A stretch of DNA of 64,000 nt from IMG/VR virus record IMGVR_UViG_3300021963_007958; one strand, 5' to 3'. Shown here in pieces: positions 56,487 to 64,000 of this stretch. Every line of letters begins with the position of its first letter. Position 1 is the stretch's first letter. Origin of the DNA: a virus. A program made the translations under genes and the position numbers. A model generated the notes under the pieces. The model was not told the origin of the DNA. It saw only the letters and a list, made by a program, of their open reading frames with translations, and ran no database searches.

Positions 56487-59400
56487 TTAGACGAACTGAA
56501 TGAATCCTCCAGCTGCAATTCCTCCGGTTCTAGTAACAGTAATTCTGTTGATGAACTTCTGAATACCTCTAGCAGGTTCAAGAATAACGTCGATGATACC
56601 TATGTTTTGGTCGATTACTGAAGGAGGGTTGTTTGAAGCATCCATGATTACTTGGTAAGCATAGATTCCTCCACCAGATCTAACACCGTCAAGGTAGTTG
56701 TCCACCAGAGTCTTGATTTCAAGTCTGATAGAATCCTCGTTAAAGTCGAACAAGTAGTTAGAAAGAATTTGTTCTACGTCGTTCTCTACGCTGATCAGTA
56801 GATCTCTTACGTGAACCAAGCTGAATGCGGAATTAACCGTTTGATAAGCAGTTTGGTTACCGAAGATAACAACTCCTAGTCCTCTCTTTTTGATGATTGG
56901 GTTGATACCGAAAGGTTCTAACCATCCTCTATCTTCTTGAGTGAAGTCATACTCAACTCCAACTAGGTTTGTTCCTGCGATTGTTCCTCTCTTCTGACCT
57001 GCTACGATAGCGTATGGTTCACCGTTTGCAAATTTAGCAACGAAGTTGTTAGAAACAAATGCTGCTGGTGGGACGTTTACGTTTCTGTTGTTTTCTCTTA
57101 GAGTGATATAAGGAGCATAGAATGCTGCGAATGATGCTCCAAGAGGTTGAGAAGGTAGAGAGAAAGTATAAGTTGGGTTCAGAGATAAGTTACCTCCGTC
57201 TGCAATGTATTGAGTTTGTAGTGCCGGATATGGATCAGCTGCGGTCGGTGCTGCAGTAAATCTAGGATCTACAGAAGCTTGGAACTGAGCCATCGAAGGA
57301 GCGTTGATCAGTGCAAGAGCTTGTCCTCTCATCATTGCCAACTTACTCAATTGATATTTAGAGTTAGGAAGAATTACCCCACTGAATGTATCAACGATGT
57401 ATCTGAACGAAATAACGTCTTTAGTTGCGAGAGTTGCTGCGATGTTTGTGTTGTACATAACATCTAGAATTGCATTTACTCTAGCATCTGTTCCGTCTGG
57501 TCTGTGATAATCGCTAAGCTGGAATCCTTCTAGATAAGTGAAGTCAAAAGATGTTGTAAACTGAGGAATAGACTGGAATTTTTGAACTTGAAGTCCGCTG
57601 CTTCCTCCTGAATAGAAGTAAATTGGTCTTGCAGTCGTAACTGTCACGATCCCAGAAATTGAAGTTGTAGCTACAGAGGTAACCTTAGTTAGTCTCTGTT
57701 GTCTATTTGTATTCTCGATTTGGCATAGATCCTGATCCGTTGAAACTAGAAGATCCCCTACAGAGATTGTATATAGATCACTGTTCATCTTAAAGGATGT
57801 AACACTAATTTTCCCTCCAATTCCTCCCGCAACTTCGATGAATTCGTTAATGCTTCCAGTGGAAGAAACTATGTCAAGCTTATAAGTAGCTGGGTATCCT
57901 GCTATTTGTCCGGTCGTATTAGAAGCATATGTTGCACCAAAATTAGCAATCGGGGTTAAGGTTGTTGCTGTTCTAGAAACATTAGTGTAAGCAAAAGCAT
58001 AATAGATCGAATATTGATCTCTATCAACTCCAAGTGCATAAGTTAAATACTGCTCCTGGGTTTGGGAAGCATTTGTGTAAATCAAATCTCCATTTTGAAG
58101 TTCTTCATACAAGACATTCTGATAGAAAGAAGTAGTAAGTTGCCCGGTTAGAGCATTTACATATCCTCCGGTTGCAGCAGATGAGGTTGCTCCGGTTCCT
58201 CCGGGATTTAAAGAATATGATATTCCGAGAGCATCTGAAGCTGCAAAGATATATGCAGTTCCTCCGATTACATCTCCAGTAGCTCCACTAGGCTTATAAT
58301 CTGTAGTTGAATAATCTGTTGCATAAGGTGTAACTACAATACCTAGATCTCTATATTTCGTAATATCTAGAGGGTGACTGAAAGCAATTTGAAGTCTTCC
58401 ACTAACCTCATTAACATTAGCAACCTGAAGCTTAATTAGATCCCCGTTGCTGAACTGGCTGATCACGTTGTCGGTGTATCCTGCAGTAATACCATTTACA
58501 GTACCTACAATATAAGGAGCTGAAGTTGAACTTGGGGTTAAAAAGTCCTTCATATTCAGAAGATCTGCAGATGTGAGTCCCGCAAAAGATCCAGAAGCAC
58601 CAGTGGCAGCAGTTAAAAAGTGAAGTCCTGCAACATATTGAGTTGGATCATAAGCTAGAAATCCCTCATAAGGAACCCCTGCTGTTCCACCTAAATTGGT
58701 AGAATCTACACCTGGCTTATATCCAGGTAAACAGTATAGGGTACCAACCGGTCCAGTTTCTCCACTGTTTGCAGTTAGAATTGAATAATTCTTAGAGTAA
58801 AGATAATCTTGTAGAAGATTCTGATCATAGCTTAAGAAATTAAGCTTAGCATCTTGAATGTCTCGGTCTCCAGAAAGTTCATCGATCAAGTGGTTACCAA
58901 CCAAATCAACTTTATATGGGTTTGTGCAAAGATTTTCTAAAGCATCCTCGTCAACCGCACAGAATAGACCCGTTGAAGGGGTATTATTATTGATTAGTGT
59001 TTGGATGTACTCGTTGTTTCCGTTTAGATTAACAAAGTCGATAATTAAACATCCAGTTTGAATAGTAACGAGATTAACATCTGCATTGTTCAGGAAGTTA
59101 GTAATTTGGCTCTTAATAAATCCATTTGGAGTGAAATATGAACTCCATTGAGGATCTTGAGAAAGAGCTGTATAGTTTGTCCAATCCCCTGCTACTGCAA
59201 TAACATCAATAAACCAGTCAGAAATATAGTCGTATGGGTTAACATAAGACGGAACATTTCCTGGTCCGTACCAGTCAATTGCAAAAATATCATATCCCTG
59301 TAGAGGAGGATTAGCATCTGTAGATTTTCTAACAATGATAGACATTGGAGTGTTTCCAAGGTTTACCAGGTTAAAGATTCTTCCTTGATCTACTATAGAT

Positions 59401-59855
59401 CTAGTTGCTAAGAAGTATTTAGTGTCTGCATACCAGAATCTCTCCTTGTTATAGTAAGAAGCTAGAAGTTTATCTGTTAAAATACCATTCTTTTGCTCGG
59501 TATCTACAGAATAACCAAAGTAAGGAACGACGTCTGCAGTTGGACTATCTACATCGTTATTTAATCTTAGCAGATTTAGAGCAAATACCGGACCTGCATT
59601 CAAACAGGTGAAGATAGATCTTTGAAAGAAAGATCCTTTTGCTTCTAGATTTTTATCTATATCCCCGAAGATGGCTAAAGCTGTTGTAACGTCTGGAATA
59701 TAGACGGGAGCGTTGAACGGGCCTTTGTTGGAAAATCCAACTACTAAACGGATAGTCTGAGTAGTTAGAATTACATTTGCCGACGCATCAAACTCCAAGG
59801 TGTAAACTCCAGAAGCTTTAAATTGGGATAAATCAAGTTTGACTTTTTGTGCCAT
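56487..59855 (-). CDS. tail sheath protein (gp18-like) with large insertion
   Basis: ASGVYTLEFD, GFSNKGPFNAPV, VPPAAFVS, AGQKRG, GINPI, HVRDLLI, LFDFN, MDASNNPP. Confidence 0.92.
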   Translation of the reverse strand: MAQKVKLDLSQFKASGVYTLEFDASANVILTTQTIRLVVGFSNKGPFNAPVYIPDVTTALAIFGDIDKNLEAKGSFFQRSIFTCLNAGPVFALNLLRLNNDVDSPTADVVPYFGYSVDTEQKNGILTDKLLASYYNKERFWYADTKYFLATRSIVDQGRIFNLVNLGNTPMSIIVRKSTDANPPLQGYDIFAIDWYGPGNVPSYVNPYDYISDWFIDVIAVAGDWTNYTALSQDPQWSSYFTPNGFIKSQITNFLNNADVNLVTIQTGCLIIDFVNLNGNNEYIQTLINNNTPSTGLFCAVDEDALENLCTNPYKVDLVGNHLIDELSGDRDIQDAKLNFLSYDQNLLQDYLYSKNYSILTANSGETGPVGTLYCLPGYKPGVDSTNLGGTAGVPYEGFLAYDPTQYVAGLHFLTAATGASGSFAGLTSADLLNMKDFLTPSSTSAPYIVGTVNGITAGYTDNVISQFSNGDLIKLQVANVNEVSGRLQIAFSHPLDITKYRDLGIVVTPYATDYSTTDYKPSGATGDVIGGTAYIFAASDALGISYSLNPGGTGATSSAATGGYVNALTGQLTTSFYQNVLYEELQNGDLIYTNASQTQEQYLTYALGVDRDQYSIYYAFAYTNVSRTATTLTPIANFGATYASNTTGQIAGYPATYKLDIVSSTGSINEFIEVAGGIGGKISVTSFKMNSDLYTISVGDLLVSTDQDLCQIENTNRQQRLTKVTSVATTSISGIVTVTTARPIYFYSGGSSGLQVQKFQSIPQFTTSFDFTYLEGFQLSDYHRPDGTDARVNAILDVMYNTNIAATLATKDVISFRYIVDTFSGVILPNSKYQLSKLAMMRGQALALINAPSMAQFQASVDPRFTAAPTAADPYPALQTQYIADGGNLSLNPTYTFSLPSQPLGASFAAFYAPYITLRENNRNVNVPPAAFVSNNFVAKFANGEPYAIVAGQKRGTIAGTNLVGVEYDFTQEDRGWLEPFGINPIIKKRGLGVVIFGNQTAYQTVNSAFSLVHVRDLLISVENDVEQILSNYLFDFNEDSIRLEIKTLVDNYLDGVRSGGGIYAYQVIMDASNNPPSVIDQNIGIIDVILEPARGIQKFINRITVTRTGGIAAGGFIQFV

Positions 59856-59953
59856 TATTTATAATGATATTTTTTGCTTTGTATATATCCATCCGACTTC
59901 CCGTAAATGTGGGCTTACAGATTTGATTTATATATCTAAGCTAGAAATGATTT

Positions 59954-61762
59954 TTAGAGGAGGGAATTAAAAGAATTGTAGAATCCTCCATCCTTCGTTT
60001 TCATTTTGCCGTTATCCTGGCCAGTATTTTCTCCTTCTACCTTTTTCTCGATCATTCTTCTGTAAGTTGGGTCAATTTCATCATAGAGATCCTCTATTAG
60101 ATCGTTAAAATCGGTCGAATCAAATAGGGCAGCTAAGTTCACTAGGGTCATAGCAACATCGTCATGGCCAGACTGAGAAGAATATGTTCCCCTTCCATTC
60201 ATACCAAAAGAGAATAATTCGGAAATTGTCCATTTTTTCTCGTTTACCAGAGCTCTATTCTTTCTGATGATCTGCCTTAGGTTCTCACAATACTTTAGTT
60301 TATTGTTTCCGCTATATTTGATTCCGGGCTTTTTAATCCTTGCAGTTTCGCTGTGTTTAGTGTAGACAAAGACTTCTTCACTAATAGACTCATTGTTCAG
60401 AAGCTTGTCCATCAGGAGTTCCCCTTTATAATTTAATTCTAAAAGAACTTTAACTCTTTCAGATCCGAAAATATCCACGATTAAAGATTCTACAACTTTT
60501 TTAAAGTCTTCAACCTCAATGGAATTGTCTCTAAAAACACCCACCTGGAGAAGTCCAAAGAAATCTGACTCATCTTCAAAGTCATCTAGTTCTTCGATTG
60601 CTTTTTTAGGTAAGGGAACAACTTTGAAAACATTTAGAACTGTAAAGTCCCCTCCTCCCCCACCGGCTAAGTCTATCGATAGGACATATTTCTTTCCGGT
60701 TTGATCTGTTAGATTTGGATCAAATTTAGGATGCCAAATAAAATTTCTATAGTTAAGACCAAGATCGTCGAAAGCATCAACATCCTTCCAAACATACTCG
60801 GTTTCGTTGCTTTTTAGCTTCTGAAGTTCTTTCGATCCTAGAAGAAGTGTGGAAGAACTCAAGAACTGATTTCCATATTCCTGATTGAACAGTTCCTCAC
60901 TACCCAAGTTAGCAATCTCGTCTTTTTTCCAATTTTCATCCCTTCCCGGAACCTGCCACCAGTCAACTCTAATTGGGTTGAAAGTGTTTTCTCCAGTCAT
61001 TGCTCCTTGATAGATCTCCCAGAATTTATTCTGTCCATTTGGTGTTGAAGTAATGATAATTCTTGATACCTTAGAAGAAGAAACCGTTGGGTATGTTGAT
61101 CTAAAGAATGATTCGATGAAGTTTGGATGAATATGTGCAAACTCGTCCATGTATAGAAAGTGGATAGTAAAACCAATCGCAGATGTCTTAGTCGTGGTTT
61201 TAGCAATTGCTCTACATCCATTGTCAAATTTAAGAGACATGACGTTGTTTACTACAATACCGGGTTTCAAAAACCAAGGAAGACCCCTAATGATCTCCTT
61301 GATCTTACCCATTAATTCTTCTGCAGTTGCCCCGACGTTTGCCAGGATCATTGCATTTTTATCGTGATTGAAAAGGAGGTACCAAACTAGCATAACTCCA
61401 GACATGATGGATTTACCAACCTGTCTAGGGGCTAAAAACACATTGAATCTATTTGCCTGATATTCTTTTAGGACCGAGGTTTGATAATCTCTAAGTCTAA
61501 TATAGTCCAGACCATGATCCATCATTACCTGACAGTACTTAGCAAAGTAAGTTACATCTCTAGCACACTTTTGAATTTCTAAAATTTCATCCGTGGTGTA
61601 TTCCCAGAGAATATTGGCTCTCTTTAACTCAGGATCCCCATCGTGGAAAGGGTTGTCGACTTGTTTATAATCCAGACCTTCTTCTTCGACCTTCCAAAGA
61701 AGTTCTTCGACTCGCTTCGTCGACCAATAATTACTTTCGGACTCTAACTCTTCTGCTGCCAT
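59954..61762 (-). CDS. terminase large subunit (T4 gp17-like)
   Basis: LRDYQ, PRQVGKS, LYMDEFAHI, ITSTPNG, FNQEY, SIDLAGG, GHDDVAM. Confidence 0.95.
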   Translation of the reverse strand: MAAEELESESNYWSTKRVEELLWKVEEEGLDYKQVDNPFHDGDPELKRANILWEYTTDEILEIQKCARDVTYFAKYCQVMMDHGLDYIRLRDYQTSVLKEYQANRFNVFLAPRQVGKSIMSGVMLVWYLLFNHDKNAMILANVGATAEELMGKIKEIIRGLPWFLKPGIVVNNVMSLKFDNGCRAIAKTTTKTSAIGFTIHFLYMDEFAHIHPNFIESFFRSTYPTVSSSKVSRIIITSTPNGQNKFWEIYQGAMTGENTFNPIRVDWWQVPGRDENWKKDEIANLGSEELFNQEYGNQFLSSSTLLLGSKELQKLKSNETEYVWKDVDAFDDLGLNYRNFIWHPKFDPNLTDQTGKKYVLSIDLAGGGGGDFTVLNVFKVVPLPKKAIEELDDFEDESDFFGLLQVGVFRDNSIEVEDFKKVVESLIVDIFGSERVKVLLELNYKGELLMDKLLNNESISEEVFVYTKHSETARIKKPGIKYSGNNKLKYCENLRQIIRKNRALVNEKKWTISELFSFGMNGRGTYSSQSGHDDVAMTLVNLAALFDSTDFNDLIEDLYDEIDPTYRRMIEKKVEGENTGQDNGKMKTKDGGFYNSFNSLL

Positions 61763-61773
61763 AAGAAATGGGA

Positions 61774-62556
61774 TTAATTAAAAAGATCATCATCAACCTC
61801 GAGAGTGTTCTCGTCGTTGATCTCGATGTCATTTCTGGTGATTGCTAGCTCCTCTTTCCTCCTAGCATTTACTATAGAGTTCTCGTTGCTCTCGTCTATC
61901 TGAATGTCTTCTATCTCAGTTCCAAGAATATCCCTAAGTCCTTCCATCAGTCCCTTTGTTCCTCTAACCTTTAGTCCTTCGCTCTGTCCTAGACTAGGGG
62001 TGGACCCTAATGTTGATGTTTTATTTGCAGGATCATATTCCATTTGAACCCCTCCTGCATATGCTTTTCTTTCCCCCTCTCCTCTTAGTCTAACATAACT
62101 TTCTTCCATCTTGGTGAGATAGTTCTGATAGTCTTTAGGCATCTGCATAATTTGAGATTGGAGCTGAGCAAGAACCTCGAACATTCTTGGGTTTGCATTC
62201 CCGAGATCTATCTCTTCGAGAAGCTTTGTAATAGCGTGCTGGGCCGTCTTTAGCTGGAGCATCATAGAAGAGACATTCATCGCATCTATTTTCTGCTTAT
62301 ACGCGATGTAATCGGACTTCTCAATGTAGTTTTCTTTCAAATAGAAGTCCACGATAGACTCCATCAGTTTTCTAGCATCGTTTCCGACATCGGATTTTGC
62401 AGTTGCAAAGTCCATCATGTCAGTGGTTTTTAATCTGGGAAGATCGGAAGGCTGAAGGGTATCCGAATCTAAACCTTCGTCCATCAGAATTTGATCCAAG
62501 GTGGACTTGATGTTCTCCTGGACAATCTTCTCTGGTTTTGGTTTTCTTCTTGGCAT
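61774..62556 (-). CDS. possible terminase small subunit
   Basis: Directly upstream of terL; helical core with PRMFEVLAQL, reminiscent of the gp16 PR.+EV motif. Confidence 0.5.
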   Translation of the reverse strand: MPRRKPKPEKIVQENIKSTLDQILMDEGLDSDTLQPSDLPRLKTTDMMDFATAKSDVGNDARKLMESIVDFYLKENYIEKSDYIAYKQKIDAMNVSSMMLQLKTAQHAITKLLEEIDLGNANPRMFEVLAQLQSQIMQMPKDYQNYLTKMEESYVRLRGEGERKAYAGGVQMEYDPANKTSTLGSTPSLGQSEGLKVRGTKGLMEGLRDILGTEIEDIQIDESNENSIVNARRKEELAITRNDIEINDENTLEVDDDLFN

Positions 62557-62574
62557 ATAATTGTTGTTTAGAAG

Positions 62575-63999
62575 TTACTTTCTGTTAGCAAATTTAGGCA
62601 GTTTAAGAAGAGGCTGAGCGTTGTCGATGATGTGAGCAAGCTGAGCATCTCTAACAATATTCTGATTTAGAATGATAGACTGCTTATCTATATCTATCAT
62701 CTTCTTGAATAATCTAATATTAGTGATGTATAGAGGGGATGTTATAACCTTATATGAGTTATTGTCTGTTCCATAATAAGGACTGTTTAAGTCCGTGTTT
62801 AGATCGGGCTCGGCTGCAAATTCATAGGTTGTAGAAAGGGATCTAACATACTCGTGGACATTTCTAAGATCACTAGATTGTTCCTGAGGATTTGTTGGAT
62901 CATAGGACATCTCCCACATATTAATAGCAACCTGTTTATACTTGTTTGAGATGTTAACAGTAATTGCATACCAGTCACCAAAGACCGGGGTAAACTGGAA
63001 TGGGGAATTTAGAACTAGATCATTCAAGACAACTTCAACAGATCCAACCTGAAGATAGCTTGTGTTTGCAGGTTCATTTAGACCGGAATGGATCATATCA
63101 ATTCTCAGTCCTTTCGTTACACCATTGGAATCTAAATAAAGCCCATTTAATAAGTTTCTAGCCTGGGCCTTCTGCATCCTCCATGCAGATCTATTCTCTT
63201 GTATTGGAAGATTTGGATTTTCTACCGAGAACTGATATTCATTAATAACAGACTTAACTCTAAATCCTCCGGTGTGATTAGCATCTGCTAGAATAGCAAC
63301 ATAGCCTTCAGGATTTTCGGAATAAGATCTCCAAACTTGAAGACCGTGTCTATATGGATGTGTAGTGTAGACTATTCTTTGTTCATCATAAGAAACAACA
63401 GTTATTGGTAAAGAAGGATAAGCCTTTTTGGATAACTTTGATTGGTCATAGTAGTTTCTAATATTAAACCAAGCCGTGTATGAAAGTTCTCCGACCGAGG
63501 TTAAGATTGGAAGTGTCTTATATCTTACTGCTTGTCTATATTCCGAAGGATCGTAAATGAATTCTGCATCATATCTAAAAGAGTCTGACATATCATAATA
63601 TTGATTAGATACTATTGTCCAGTTGTTATTCAGGTCGTAACTAACTATTGGAAGATCCTTATACAAATAAGATCTAACTGGATCCGGAGATCTATCTTGA
63701 GTGCTAGTTACATACTGTTGAGGTTTGGTTAATTTTTCCTCTTCGGCATTGGTTTCTTCCCCAAAGAGCTTCTGGGTATTCAGAGATATCCCATCTAACT
63801 CTTCTTTGTAAGCAGGATCTGCATAGTAAGTGTTCGACTTTGGCTGGTATTTCTTTAATTCGATTTTGAAGTAGACTGGGGAATACATGAAGTCTCTGAA
63901 CAAATACATCGAGTTAATCTCGTATATTCTGTTGGTCAGAGGAAAATAAATAATGTCTCTCTTTCTAGGCTGGGATCCTCTTCCAAAGAAAGACTCAAA
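62575..63999 (-). CDS. neck protein (gp14-like) with large C-terminal extension; 5' end outside window
   Basis: Frame is open upstream of 63909 to the window edge: FESFFGRGSQPRKRDIIYFPLTNRIYEI matches gp14 P..GD+IYFP...+EI. Confidence 0.65.
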   Translation of the reverse strand, partial: FESFFGRGSQPRKRDIIYFPLTNRIYEINSMYLFRDFMYSPVYFKIELKKYQPKSNTYYADPAYKEELDGISLNTQKLFGEETNAEEEKLTKPQQYVTSTQDRSPDPVRSYLYKDLPIVSYDLNNNWTIVSNQYYDMSDSFRYDAEFIYDPSEYRQAVRYKTLPILTSVGELSYTAWFNIRNYYDQSKLSKKAYPSLPITVVSYDEQRIVYTTHPYRHGLQVWRSYSENPEGYVAILADANHTGGFRVKSVINEYQFSVENPNLPIQENRSAWRMQKAQARNLLNGLYLDSNGVTKGLRIDMIHSGLNEPANTSYLQVGSVEVVLNDLVLNSPFQFTPVFGDWYAITVNISNKYKQVAINMWEMSYDPTNPQEQSSDLRNVHEYVRSLSTTYEFAAEPDLNTDLNSPYYGTDNNSYKVITSPLYITNIRLFKKMIDIDKQSIILNQNIVRDAQLAHIIDNAQPLLKLPKFANRK

Positions 64000-64000
64000 G

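Noticed and set aside
1965-61367. Many short plus-strand and nested ORFs in the ORF track (for example 26926..27387, 31319..31750, 43650..44039)
   Set aside because: Antisense or alternate-frame shadows of well-supported genes, with no motifs or promoter context.
59954-61762. Intein or intron in the terminase or other core genes
   Set aside because: Lengths are ordinary, motifs are contiguous and no splicing or homing-endonuclease signatures were seen.
1-64000. Alternative genetic code (TAG or TGA recoding as in some jumbo phages)
   Set aside because: Conserved genes are full length in code 11, and TAG/TGA act as real stops (TAG at 31720, 53408 and 54787; TGA at 32282).
1-64000. tRNA, rRNA or other structured ncRNA genes
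   Set aside because: Intergenic gaps are short and explained by promoters and terminators; no cloverleaf was recognised by eye. A tRNAscan/Infernal run would confirm.

Overview
The window is a 64 kb, AT-rich segment of a large T4-related (jumbo-type) myovirus genome. It is densely coding, reads cleanly in the standard genetic code, and every convincing gene but one (12920..13636) is on the minus strand. Virion modules: baseplate (gp5 spike, gp27-like hub, gp53/LysM), tail sheath, two tail tubes, a tail chaperone, major capsid protein, a fused prohead protease-scaffold, two tandem portals, terminase, neck, gp2 and gp4. Replication, repair and nucleotide genes: clamp loader, RNase H, ligase, a NEIL1-like glycosylase, a degenerate UvsE, exonucleases, Gmk, dCMP deaminase, Nudix and AsnB plus a kinase. 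Host-takeover genes: ribosomal protein S1, an ECF sigma and a gp55-like late sigma. A-rich leaders without Shine-Dalgarno sequences suggest a Bacteroidota host (inference). Most notable observations: (1) about 14 proteins share a T4 capsid-targeting-like leader, including a divergent gp55-sigma paralog and a nucleotidyltransferase, suggesting an injected takeover kit. (2) The portal is duplicated. (3) Three distinct promoter classes occur, and some are built into terminator-like hairpins. (4) There are two probable programmed frameshifts. (5) One glycosylase closely resembles metazoan NEIL1. All homology calls come from motif recognition by eye; no searches were run.
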